From NCBI GenBank assembly GCA_963678065.2, contig CAXXVZ010000003.1:1536001-1600000 (forward strand): a DNA stretch of 64,000 nucleotides, read 5' to 3'. This document shows, piece by piece, positions 48,909 to 58,295 of this stretch. How positions within the stretch are numbered: position 1 is the stretch's first letter; every line of letters begins with the position of its first letter. This DNA comes from Treponemataceae bacterium (lineage in GTDB: Bacteria; Spirochaetota; Spirochaetia; Treponematales; Rectinemataceae). The notes beneath the pieces were generated by a model. That model was not told where the DNA came from and ran no database searches. It saw only the letters and a list, made by a program, of their open reading frames with translations. The translations under genes were made by a program, and so were the position numbers.

Positions 48909-50051
48909 CTACAGTCCCACTATTTCCGCCATGGCGCGGATCGCCTCGTCCACATCGGCGTCGGTGGTAAAAAAACCCGGGGAAAAGCGGACCGCGCCGC
49001 CCATCCCGAAGGTCCCGATGCTGAGGTGGGCCGCGGGCGCGCAGTGCAGTCCCGCGCGCACCGCTATGTCGCGGCGGTCAAGCTCGCCGGCGATATCCGC
49101 GGGACTCAGGCCCGCCGCCGTCACTGTCACTATCGGCGTCCGTTCAACGCCGGGAGGCGGGCCGTAGACCTCGATGCCCGGCAAGTCGGAAAGGCCGCGA
49201 AGGAGACGATCCGTCAGGGCGGATTCACGCGCGCGTATCGCCTCCGGGCCTGTCTCCGAGATGAATCTCACGGCGGCGAGCAGTCCCGCCAGGCCGAGGA
49301 CGTTCGCCGTGCCCGCCTCGTAGCGGTCGGGAAGAAATTCCGGCTGCGCCTGCGATTCCGAAACGCTCCCCGTGCCGCCGCGGATCAGCGGCTCCGGGTC
49401 GAAGCCCGGCGCCGTGTAGAGTCCTCCGGTGCCGGTCGGGCCGAGCAATCCCTTGTGGCCCGGGAAGCAGAGGAAGCTGATTCCCATGTCATGCGCCGCA
49501 ATCGGGCGGTGTCCGACGACCTGGCTCGCGTCGACGCCTATGGGTATCCCGGCCGCCCGGCAGCGTTCGGCGATTTCCTCCACGGGGAGGAGGGCTCCGG
49601 TGACATTGCTCGCCATCGTGACGACGAGGAGATCGGGGCGGGCGGCAAGGATGGCGTCGAGTTCGGCGGGATCGGGTCGGCCCTCCTGGCTGCATCGGAA
49701 AGTGCGCACATTGACACCGCGCGTCGCTTCCAGCCAGCGAAGGGGGCGCATGACTGCGTTGTGTTCCAGCGAGCTCACGGCCACCGTCGAACCTGCGCGA
49801 ACCGAGCCCACTATCGCGAGATTGAGGCCTTCGGTCGCGTTTTTCGTGAATACGAGCCTCTCGGCCTGCCGTATTCCCAGGAGCCGCGCGGTCTCCTCCC
49901 TCGCATCGAACAGAAGCTCGCTCGCGCCGCGGGCCATACAGTGGCTCGCGCGGCCAGGATTGCCGCCGCACTCGAGCAGCTGCCGCAGCAGCGCCTCCGC
50001 CACTGTCGGCGCCTTGGGAAAACTCGTCGCCGCGTTGTCGAGGTAGATCAT
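48909..50051 (-). CDS. Cysteine desulfurase/selenocysteine lyase-family protein
   Basis: YLDNAATS, GHKGLLGP, VRAGLHCAP; inside the Se operon. Confidence 0.9.
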   Translation of the reverse strand: MIYLDNAATSFPKAPTVAEALLRQLLECGGNPGRASHCMARGASELLFDAREETARLLGIRQAERLVFTKNATEGLNLAIVGSVRAGSTVAVSSLEHNAVMRPLRWLEATRGVNVRTFRCSQEGRPDPAELDAILAARPDLLVVTMASNVTGALLPVEEIAERCRAAGIPIGVDASQVVGHRPIAAHDMGISFLCFPGHKGLLGPTGTGGLYTAPGFDPEPLIRGGTGSVSESQAQPEFLPDRYEAGTANVLGLAGLLAAVRFISETGPEAIRARESALTDRLLRGLSDLPGIEVYGPPPGVERTPIVTVTAAGLSPADIAGELDRRDIAVRAGLHCAPAAHLSIGTFGMGGAVRFSPGFFTTDADVDEAIRAMAEIVGL

Positions 50052-50884
50052 GCCGGACGCGCCCCCCGGGCTAATATGGCTTCGAGGACTCCGCCGGCGA
50101 TAGCCCGCGCTTTGTCGGAGATGCTGTAGCAGTGCTCCCTGCGGCAGCGGGGATCCACGTCGGCTATCTTGAAGCCGACCGTCACCTCGAAGCCGGGGCG
50201 GATCAAGCCGCGCACCACGCCGTCGAAGGGAGAGACGACCACAGCGCGCCCGGAGCCCCGGACGGCAAACACCGCTTCGCCCGCGCGGCGCGAATCGCCG
50301 ATACCGCAGAGCGCCTCCACGACACCGTCAGACGGCGCCCGGAGCACACGTTCGGCACCGTAGCCGGCGATCACTCCCGGGACGCCCGTGTCCGGCTCGG
50401 CGGCTCCGCGCAGGATCACTCTGCCGAGGTCGTGCCCCCGGTTCGTCTCGACGAGGGCGTGGGCGTCGACCCCCGCCTCGAAACCGGGCCCGAGGGCCAC
50501 GACGATGGGCGCCATGCCTATCGATGTGCCGGTGTTCCGCTTTGCGAGTATGGCGTCGACAAGAGCCATAGGCCTGAGCGCTCCGACAGAGGCGCAGGCA
50601 GGGTCGGCCAAAAGGGGCACGATACCCGGCGCGAGGGCCGCGAGCGCTTCTTGTGCGTTACCGACGCGCAGAGCGCGCACGCCTTCGACCTCGGCGATTC
50701 CCTCGTACATCGCCTCGGCGAGAGCGACGGTCCGGCGTATCGCGGAAGGATGCTCCGTCTCCAGGGCGGCGACGAGGAAGCCGGCGCGAGAGAGTCGCAC
50801 GATGACACCCGTCGCGAGGTCGCCCGCCCCCCGAACGAGGACGAATCCCCTTCTTGCCGTATCCGCATGGCCGACGGCTCTCAT
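50048..50884 (-). CDS. yqeB: Selenium-dependent molybdenum cofactor biosynthesis protein YqeB
   Basis: VRGAGDLATG, AIRRTVA, ETNRGHDLGR, ISDKARAIAGGVLEA. Confidence 0.92.
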   Translation of the reverse strand: MRAVGHADTARRGFVLVRGAGDLATGVIVRLSRAGFLVAALETEHPSAIRRTVALAEAMYEGIAEVEGVRALRVGNAQEALAALAPGIVPLLADPACASVGALRPMALVDAILAKRNTGTSIGMAPIVVALGPGFEAGVDAHALVETNRGHDLGRVILRGAAEPDTGVPGVIAGYGAERVLRAPSDGVVEALCGIGDSRRAGEAVFAVRGSGRAVVVSPFDGVVRGLIRPGFEVTVGFKIADVDPRCRREHCYSISDKARAIAGGVLEAILARGARPA

Positions 50885-51882
50885 ATGACCAGGGCCCCCG
50901 CGGCGTTCCGCATACCGCCACCGCCGCCCTCCGTATCCAGCCGCCCGACTACCCTTCCGTGGCGCAGCGAGCAGAGAAGTACGCGTGTGACGGCGGACGA
51001 AGAGGATACCTGCGGCGTAAAATTCCCGCCCGACAAAGTCTTTTCGGATGAAGCCGCCAGGATGTCGAGCAATTCCCGGACGGCGCCGGGCGGAGCGCTG
51101 TCGTTCTTGTTCAGAAGGACGACGCGGCGCGCGCCCGGGGGGCAGCCTTTGAAGAGGCCCGACGGCGCGCGGATGAGCCTCGCGAGATGGATCGCCCCTA
51201 TCGGCTCTCCCTCCGCACAGCCTGTGAGAGCGCCGAACAGCTCGGGCCGGTGTACCATCCGCGCGTCCATCGGCGAGCCGAGACAGTCGAGCCCGATAAG
51301 CCCGACGACTGTGTCCGCGCAGTCCGGGATCACAGGTTCGGAAGGGGATGGCGCTTTGACCGAGAGCCCTCTCGCCCCGTCCGCTTCGACGAGCACGAGC
51401 TCGCAGAGCCCGCGCAAGAGCTCGATATGCGAGGGATGGACTCCCCGGAGCTTCCCCGATTCGGGGAGTGCGCCTGAGACCACGACGAGCGGCCCGGCCC
51501 CCCGCCGGGGCATGCGCCCCAGAGCGACACGATCGCTCATGCGCTCGGCGGGCTCTCCGAGCCGCGGGTCGATCAGCACCTCGTCGAAGCGTCTGTCCTC
51601 CTCCAGGCGCGGGTCGCGGATCATCGTCGTTGTCGTCGCTATCGTGCGAAAAGCCAGGGCGCACAGGGCCGTGGCGAACATGGCGCTCGTCTTCCCGCCT
51701 GCGCCTGTGAAGGCGACGACCTGGGCGCCTGCCCTCCTGTGGCCTTCAGACTCGAACAGACGCGTGCGGTCGCCCGGCACGGCCTCACCCGGGCTGTCGC
51801 CGTCCGGCGCTGCATCCCGCAGAGTCCCAGCCTGCGGCAGCACCCCCAGCTCTTCGGCCAGGTTCCCCTCATGCGTATGCAT
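50881..51882 (-). CDS. yqeC: Selenium cofactor biosynthesis protein YqeC
   Basis: GAGGKTS, TTTT, VEADGARG..VKAP..EPVIP. Confidence 0.88.
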   Translation of the reverse strand: MHTHEGNLAEELGVLPQAGTLRDAAPDGDSPGEAVPGDRTRLFESEGHRRAGAQVVAFTGAGGKTSAMFATALCALAFRTIATTTTMIRDPRLEEDRRFDEVLIDPRLGEPAERMSDRVALGRMPRRGAGPLVVVSGALPESGKLRGVHPSHIELLRGLCELVLVEADGARGLSVKAPSPSEPVIPDCADTVVGLIGLDCLGSPMDARMVHRPELFGALTGCAEGEPIGAIHLARLIRAPSGLFKGCPPGARRVVLLNKNDSAPPGAVRELLDILAASSEKTLSGGNFTPQVSSSSAVTRVLLCSLRHGRVVGRLDTEGGGGGMRNAAGALVI

Positions 51883-53006
51883 CAGGCCCGGCGCCTCGCC
51901 CGCTGTGCGTCCATCACGGCGGCGGCCGGCGAGTTTCTCCGCACCGCGACAATTTCGGCGAGGATGGAGACGGCGATCTCCTCCGGCGTCTCGGCGCCGA
52001 TATCTGCGCCTATCGGGGCCCGCAGCGCCTCCACCTTGGCGGGGTCGAAGCCCTCGCTCAGCACCTGGTCCATGATCATTCTCGTCTTGCGGCGCGAGCC
52101 GATGAAACCGGCGTAGCGGTACTCCCGCCCGAGAATCGCGCGCACCGATTCGAGGTCGCCCGCGTGGTTCGGACTCACGACGACCGCGTAGGTGGAGGCG
52201 CCGAAGGGATACTCCTTCACGATGTCGGCAAAATTTCCACAGCGGGTCTCCACGCCTGCGGGGAAGCGCCCCGGGTCGGCGAACTCCGGCCGCGAATCCC
52301 CCACGCAGACACGAAAACCCAACTCGAGGGCGAAGCGGGCCAGCGCCAGGCCCACGTGTCCGCCTCCGAGTATGAGAAGGCGTTCTGGAGGCTCGACCGG
52401 CTCGTAGAAAAGGCCGTCCCTTGCCGAGGTTTCGGGAACCCCCGAGGCGAGGACTGCCGATACGGCCACGCCGTCGAAATCCACCGACGCGCCGGAGGCG
52501 AGCTTCCCGCGGGAATCCAGCACGGCCAGACAGCCCCGGGGCGGCTGCAACGAAAGCCCGCCTGAGACAGACGGGCCGCTACTCCCGGCATTCCTGGCAT
52601 TCCCGCCTCCGCCGCCGCGATCTTGAGCGTTTTCGCTCACAAGGACGACGCGTTCACCTCGCTCAAGCCGCTCCGCCGCCGCGACGTAGAACGAGGGATC
52701 GGCGACATACTCGATCGCAAGGTCCACCGTGCCTCCGCAGATAGGCTCCGCCCCGAGCGCCTGCGCGCCTGTCATCTCGACGCAAAGGCCGCCTGGGCGC
52801 CTGTGCTCGATGCAGGCGCGCGCAGATTCCACTGCGCGGGACTCGACTGCCCCGCCCCCGACCGTTCCGATCGCCTGACCCTCGCCCAAGACCGCCATCT
52901 TTGCCCCGAGGTGCCTCGGCGCCGAGCCATGCAGGTCGACAACCGTGATCACGGCAACCCCGCCCCCGCTCTGTGCGACAATCTTGACTATTTCATACTG
53001 TTGCAT
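51882..53006 (-). CDS. XdhC-family xanthine dehydrogenase accessory protein
   Basis: GSAPR, GTVGGG, ICGG, GGGHVG, YAGFIGSRRK, APIG. Confidence 0.9.
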   Translation of the reverse strand: MQQYEIVKIVAQSGGGVAVITVVDLHGSAPRHLGAKMAVLGEGQAIGTVGGGAVESRAVESARACIEHRRPGGLCVEMTGAQALGAEPICGGTVDLAIEYVADPSFYVAAAERLERGERVVLVSENAQDRGGGGGNARNAGSSGPSVSGGLSLQPPRGCLAVLDSRGKLASGASVDFDGVAVSAVLASGVPETSARDGLFYEPVEPPERLLILGGGHVGLALARFALELGFRVCVGDSRPEFADPGRFPAGVETRCGNFADIVKEYPFGASTYAVVVSPNHAGDLESVRAILGREYRYAGFIGSRRKTRMIMDQVLSEGFDPAKVEALRAPIGADIGAETPEEIAVSILAEIVAVRRNSPAAAVMDAQRARRRA

Positions 53007-53695
53007 GACTTTACGCCTCCGTGTAGCGCTGTGGCCGCAATGATGGGAGGCACATGAGTCGCGGTGCGTGCCTCCAGAACCTCTCCTTCCCGCAGCTCGA
53101 TGATGCGGTGGCCGAGAAGTTCGGCCTCATCCCTTGAGTGCGTGACAAGGATCACACTCATCCTCAGATTTTCCCGCAGCGCGAGGAATTCGCGGTAGGT
53201 CTCCTCCCTCGTCCTGCGGTCCAGGGCGCTGAAAGGTTCATCGAGGAGGAGAACGCGCGGTTCGGTCGCAAGAGCGCGCGCCAGAGCGAGACGCTGACGC
53301 TCACCCCCGGAGAAATGCGCCGGCCGGCGTTTGCGCAGATGCGCGATGCCGAAGCGCTGCAAGTATTCGCAGGCGCGCGCTCTCCCCTCAGGCGGAAGCG
53401 CGATGGCGACGTTCTCCTCGGCCGTCAGATGAGGAAAGAGGGCGTAGTCCTGAAAGACGTAGCCGACGCCGCGCTCCCGGGGCGACAAATCGATCCCTTC
53501 CTTGGAGGAGAAGACTGTCTTTCCGTCCAGAACGATCCGTCCGCGGTCGGGTGTTGCGAGCCCCGCGATGCAGTCAAGAACAGTCGTCTTGCCTGCGCCC
53601 GATTCCCCCCACAGTATAGCCGTCATCTTCTCCACCGAGAACTGAACCCGCAGCGTGAAGAGCGGCAGCCGTTTTTCGAAACGCGCCTCGATCAC
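52988..53695 (-). CDS. modC: Molybdate ABC transporter ATP-binding subunit
   Basis: GESGAGKT, QDYALFPH, SGGE, DEPFSALD. Confidence 0.88.
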   Translation of the reverse strand: MIEARFEKRLPLFTLRVQFSVEKMTAILWGESGAGKTTVLDCIAGLATPDRGRIVLDGKTVFSSKEGIDLSPRERGVGYVFQDYALFPHLTAEENVAIALPPEGRARACEYLQRFGIAHLRKRRPAHFSGGERQRLALARALATEPRVLLLDEPFSALDRRTREETYREFLALRENLRMSVILVTHSRDEAELLGHRIIELREGEVLEARTATHVPPIIAATALHGGVKSCNSMK

Positions 53696-54432
53696 CGACT
53701 CACCTCGGTCTTGTCACGCTGTGCGATCCTATCCTGCGACTCGAGGGTGTCGCGCCCCGCGCGGCGGAGCGACCGCGACCTGCGCTCGCCTATGCTTACG
53801 ATCGCCACGAGGACAAAGGACAGCGCGACCGTCACGAAGAGATAGACATTCGCCTCCCGGCTGCGGCCGCCTTCGACAGCGCTGTACAGGGCGAGAGGAA
53901 TCGTCTGAGTCCTCCCCGGTATGTTGCCCGCGATCATGAGTGTCGCGCCGAATTCTCCAAGGGCCCGCGCGAAGGACAGCGCGATTCCGCTCAGTATCCC
54001 CGGGGCCGCGAGAGGGACGATGATGCGGCGAAAAACGCGCCCCTCGGCGAGTCCGAGAGTGCGCGCCGCATCGACGAGACGCGGGTCGACGCCCGAAAGA
54101 GCGGCCTTGCAGTTCTGGTACATGAGCGGCAGCGAGACCGTCACCGAAGCGATCACCGCGGCGCCCCAGGTGAAGACGACTCGCAGACCGAGGCCGGAGA
54201 GCGCCGCGCCGACAAAGCCTCTCTTGCCAAGGAGCAGAAGAAGAAGGTAGCCCGTGATCGTGGGCGGGAAGACCATGGGGAGGAGTATGATTGTCTCCCA
54301 GAACTCGCTCAAGGGCACCCGGCGGTGCGTGAACAGCCGCGCGAGGCCGAGGCCGACCGCGAGTGTCACGATCGTGGCGAGCGTCGCGACGCGGAGCGAG
54401 AGGAGAATCGGTCCCAGCGGACTCTGACTCAT
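53692..54432 (-). CDS. modB: Molybdate ABC transporter permease
   Basis: LPMVFPPT, FARALGEFGATLM, GNIPG. Confidence 0.93.
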   Translation of the reverse strand: MSQSPLGPILLSLRVATLATIVTLAVGLGLARLFTHRRVPLSEFWETIILLPMVFPPTITGYLLLLLLGKRGFVGAALSGLGLRVVFTWGAAVIASVTVSLPLMYQNCKAALSGVDPRLVDAARTLGLAEGRVFRRIIVPLAAPGILSGIALSFARALGEFGATLMIAGNIPGRTQTIPLALYSAVEGGRSREANVYLFVTVALSFVLVAIVSIGERRSRSLRRAGRDTLESQDRIAQRDKTEVSR

Positions 54433-55202
54433 CTGACGACAAAACCCGCTTCGGTGAACGCGCGCCTCGCGACGGCTCCCTGGAAGAAGGCGATGAGCTT
54501 CGCCGCCTTGTCCCTGTTCCTGGACGCGGCCACGACGGCCGCGGGGTAGAGAACGGGGGTCTTAAGGGCGCTCTCGGGGAAGAGATAGAGGCGCACGACC
54601 GGGCTGTTCGGTGCGACGGAAGCGGCGTCGGTAAGGAAGACGACACCGAGGGGCGCCGAACCCGACTCGACGAACTGGAGCACCTGCCGCACATTGCCTC
54701 CGAGAACGAGTTTCTTCTCGACGATCGGGTACAGCCCGAGCGAGGTGAAGGCCTCGACCGCGTAGCGTCCCGCGGGCACCGAATCGGGGTTTCCTATGGC
54801 GACGAGATTCGTCGCGGAAAGGAGAGATCTGAGCTCGTCGACGCTGGCAGGAGGCCTCTGCGAACCGTCGCCCACGAGGACGATGGCGTTGGAGAGGAGA
54901 TCTTTCCGGGTCCCCGGCGCGATGAGCCTGGCTTTCTCGAGTTTATCCATGTCCGAACTCGCGGCCGAAAAGAACAGATCGACGGGCGCCCCCTGCTCAA
55001 TCTGGGCCCGCAGTGTTCCGGAGCCGCCGAAGTTCATGACGATCGCCGCGTCGATGTATTTCTCCGCCTCGGGTTTCAGCGCGGAAAGGACATCGGTCAG
55101 ACTCGCCGCCGCCGACAGGACCAGCTCCGGCCTCTGCGCGGTCGCGGGAGCCGCGAGAGCGAGAATCATCGCGGCGTACAGCGCCAGTTTCTGCAATTTC
55201 AT
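54429..55202 (-). CDS. modA: Molybdate-binding protein
   Basis: SAAASL, GSGTL, QIEQGAP, VPAGRYA, NVRQV. Confidence 0.93.
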   Translation of the reverse strand: MKLQKLALYAAMILALAAPATAQRPELVLSAAASLTDVLSALKPEAEKYIDAAIVMNFGGSGTLRAQIEQGAPVDLFFSAASSDMDKLEKARLIAPGTRKDLLSNAIVLVGDGSQRPPASVDELRSLLSATNLVAIGNPDSVPAGRYAVEAFTSLGLYPIVEKKLVLGGNVRQVLQFVESGSAPLGVVFLTDAASVAPNSPVVRLYLFPESALKTPVLYPAAVVAASRNRDKAAKLIAFFQGAVARRAFTEAGFVVR

Positions 55203-55774
55203 TGTTGTTCCCCTCGTATCGTCGTCTCCGAAGTCTCCGCGGCAAAATGCTCTTTGCACTCGTCCAGCCAGACGAGCATGGCTTTCAGCTGACCCAGTCT
55301 GTATCGGTACACCAGGACGTCCAACCCCCGGTCCTCTGACGCGCGGGCGCGGTCTTCCATGCCCGCGATCCACTCGGCGCAGAGCGCGCGCTGCTTCGCG
55401 AGCAGAGCCGCGGCGACTCGCGGGCCGCCCTTCTGCGCAAAATACAGCTTCGCGAGGAAGTCGAGCCTGAAGTCCCTGCGCCCGACCGGCGCGTCCAGCC
55501 ACTCCCCATACGCCGCGAGCCCCTCTTCGGTGAGATGGAACACCCTCCTGGCGGGGCGGTTCCCCAAGACGAGCGTCTCGGCGACCACGAATCCCCGTCC
55601 TTCGAGTTTGGCCATGATGGCGTAGAGCTGCGCCTGTTTCACTGTCCACACGAGGCCGAGCCCCGTTTTCCGGCTGAGTTCCTGGTGCAGTTCGTAGCCG
55701 TGCATGGGCCGCTCGCTCAAAAGGCCAAGGAGAGAGTACTCGACTGACAGAGCCGCTGAGGCAGGCTTGTTCAA
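55199..55774 (-). CDS. PadR-family transcriptional regulator
   Basis: LLGLLSERPMHGYEL, QLY, LTEEG; TTG start after GAGG, supported by the ATG in the duplicate copy. Confidence 0.88.
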   Translation of the reverse strand: MNKPASAALSVEYSLLGLLSERPMHGYELHQELSRKTGLGLVWTVKQAQLYAIMAKLEGRGFVVAETLVLGNRPARRVFHLTEEGLAAYGEWLDAPVGRRDFRLDFLAKLYFAQKGGPRVAAALLAKQRALCAEWIAGMEDRARASEDRGLDVLVYRYRLGQLKAMLVWLDECKEHFAAETSETTIRGEQQ

Positions 55775-55791
55775 GGTACACCTCATAATAC

Positions 55792-55814
55792 GAATACTCA
55801 ATTACTGAATATTC
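55792..55814. promoter_or_regulatory. Candidate PadR operator
   Basis: GAATACTCA-N5-TGAATATTC dyad; identical arms at 58140-58162. Confidence 0.7.
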
Positions 55815-56318
55815 ATATTATGAGGTATACATCCAAATCACATGCAGGTCAATTGGAAAAAATGGGAATGAACATGCCATCTACAGGATCCAGCCGACGA
55901 CGACAACGCTGGCAGAATATACCGGCCGCGACGGTGTCAATCGTCTCGCCACCGGCTTGCGGATCAGCGGCGACAAGGCCTTCCTTGTCGCGAACATGTT
56001 GCCGGCACCGATCCTGGTCATGTCGCTCTCGCATCCTGGGCGTCTGGTTTTCGGACAAGACCGGGAACCGTAGCCTGCCAGGAAAAGCCGTGCGCGAGGT
56101 CATTGCCGCGGCCCTGGCTGCCCATTTTCTGGAAATTGCCGACAGCTCCCAGACGTGGCCCTGCGATCTCGCCGGAGCTCAATTCGCGCATTTTCGGATT
56201 CCCACAACCCTGCCACTCCCTTTACGCGACGAACTGAAGGCAAATCCCAATGTGGTTGCAGCCAGTGCGAAGCTCGAAGGCTCAGGAGATCCGGATCGGC
56301 TTCAGGCTGGATTCTCCA

Positions 56319-56936
56319 TCACGATATCCGCTCGCACAGCGCCGATATCAGGTTGGAAGAGCGGTGCATGAAAGCGATGGCCAAGCCGTTATCCACCCTG
56401 TAGGTATAGTCGGTCTCAAACCCGTAGTGGCGATAGATCGAGATGTTTCGCGGGACGGCGGTTTCCAGATAGACAGGTACATTGGCGCGATCGGCTTCCG
56501 CGAGAACCGGTTCGAACAGTTCACGCAGTTGGCCGGTGCCGCGGGCAGTCTCGGCCACGCCTACAGTCCACAGGAACCGGTATGGACCGAGAGGAAGACG
56601 GCAGGTCAGCTCTTTTTCCGCACGCAGGCTGCGCCGGGTGGCGGTCCAGCCGCACATGAAAAGAAAGCCCGCATTGGCCGCCATGAACCGGAAGCCATGA
56701 GGTTTTGCATCATGGCGCAGCCAAAGGGCGGCAGCCTGTCCCGAATCGGTCAGCCACGCCTCGCCGATCGAGATGGCTCCGACGGCAATGTATCGCATCA
56801 GAGCCCTGCGGCGGGTAATGGCTGCCCGGGAACGTCGTGGACTTCCGATGAACCAGTCGATGTGAGGATCAAGCCGGAAGGCATCGCTCAAGAGGTCAAC
56901 CAAGTGGGGCAAATCGGCAGGGGTGGCGTGGCGCAT
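56319..56936 (-). CDS. GNAT-family acetyltransferase
   Basis: VGVAETARGTG, VYLET, NISIYRHYGF. Confidence 0.82.
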   Translation of the reverse strand: MRHATPADLPHLVDLLSDAFRLDPHIDWFIGSPRRSRAAITRRRALMRYIAVGAISIGEAWLTDSGQAAALWLRHDAKPHGFRFMAANAGFLFMCGWTATRRSLRAEKELTCRLPLGPYRFLWTVGVAETARGTGQLRELFEPVLAEADRANVPVYLETAVPRNISIYRHYGFETDYTYRVDNGLAIAFMHRSSNLISALCERIS

Positions 56937-57017
56937 GTAGTTCTCCTGCCGAAAAGGTTACGCCGGAAAGCAGGTACAGTCATTGACCTTGGTTAAGACG
57001 GCGAAATAAATCGCGGA

Positions 57018-57617
57018 TCAGGTTCCCCGATGCAGCCCCAGCCGCTGCCGGATGCGGCTTAGACTTTCCGGGCGGACTCCCAGCCAGGTGGAAAGAACGT
57101 GCTGCGGCACCTGGTCGGCCTTGTCGCCGAATTCCTCCATGAAACGCAGGTAGCGCACCTCGGGGCTGTCCAGCAAGAGACTTTCAGCCCGGCGATCCAG
57201 CATGACGTAGGACTGTTCGGAAAATAGCCGGGCAGCCTTCTGGAATTCAGGGTAACGGGCGACCAGGACAGCGATGGCACGCGCGCTGACCCATTCGCCC
57301 TGGGCATCATGCAGAACCTCAAAGTCGAAGCGGCTTACTTCGCCGGTGATCAGGCTTCGATAGTCGACGACCAGAGCGCCCTCGAAAAACAGGAAGTAGG
57401 TGACCTCCTGCTGCCGGTCGTTGATCGTGAAGGAGCGAATGGCCCCCTGGGAGAGGTAGACCAGAGCAGGACAGGGATAGCCAGCCCGGAAAATGCGTTC
57501 CCCTCGGGACCACTTCCGAGGGACGACGACCTGTGTCATGGCAGTGCGCGCCGCATCGCTCAGCGCAACACGGGTTTCTATCAGTTCGACAAGTCCTGAC
57601 GGAATGGCTGACAGCAT
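57018..57617 (-). CDS. Crp/Fnr-family regulator
   Basis: cNMP-binding fold; C-terminal LSTWLGVRPESLSRIR. Confidence 0.85.
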   Translation of the reverse strand: MLSAIPSGLVELIETRVALSDAARTAMTQVVVPRKWSRGERIFRAGYPCPALVYLSQGAIRSFTINDRQQEVTYFLFFEGALVVDYRSLITGEVSRFDFEVLHDAQGEWVSARAIAVLVARYPEFQKAARLFSEQSYVMLDRRAESLLLDSPEVRYLRFMEEFGDKADQVPQHVLSTWLGVRPESLSRIRQRLGLHRGT

Positions 57618-57789
57618 TGTTAAAGCATACCATGGAAGGAAAATACCTGAGTAGGGAACTATCGGGGCGAGAGTGCATAAAACTAGACGGGAATGAGCTT
57701 TTATCTAAAACCATGAATTTAGTCATGATCGGCGCGATCACGTTGACGAGCTGCGCGAGACAAGCGATCGCCACGCGGTCCGCGTGGCG

Positions 57790-58123
57790 GGAGTATGATT
57801 GTCTCCCAGAACTCGCTCAAGGGCACCCGGCGCAGAGCGCGCGCTGCTTCGCGAGCAGAGCCGCGGCGACTCGCGGGCTGCCCTCCTGCGCAAAATACAG
57901 CTTCGCGAGGAAGTCGAGCCTGAAGTCCCTGCGCCCGACCGGCGCGTCCAGCCACTCCCCATACGCCGCGAGCCCCTCTTCAGTGAGATGGAACATCCTC
58001 CTGGCGGGGCGGTTCCCCAAGACGAGCGTCTCGGCGACCACGAATCCCCGTCCTTCGAGTTTGGCCATGATGGCGTAGAGAATACTCGACTGACAGAGCC
58101 GCAGAGGCAGGAGGATTGTCCAT
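57790..58123 (-). pseudogene. Decayed duplicate of padR-(modA)-modB
   Basis: Near-identical to 55375-55627, 55731-55770 and 54282-54324, joined by deletions. Confidence 0.9.
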
Positions 58124-58139
58124 GTTTACCTCATGCAGT

Positions 58140-58162
58140 GAATACTCATTAATTGAATATTC
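58140..58162. promoter_or_regulatory. Candidate PadR operator, duplicate copy
   Basis: GAATACTCA-TTAAT-TGAATATTC. Confidence 0.65.
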
Positions 58163-58295
58163 GGTAAATGAGCATAAACCCAATCTTGCGGCGGGTCAAT
58201 AAAGAAAATGGCGCGACAGAGAGAGTCCACAGAGGCAAAACGAGGGATGGATTTTCACCGGATACAACTCCGCATGCGTCACATCGAGGGGAAGA

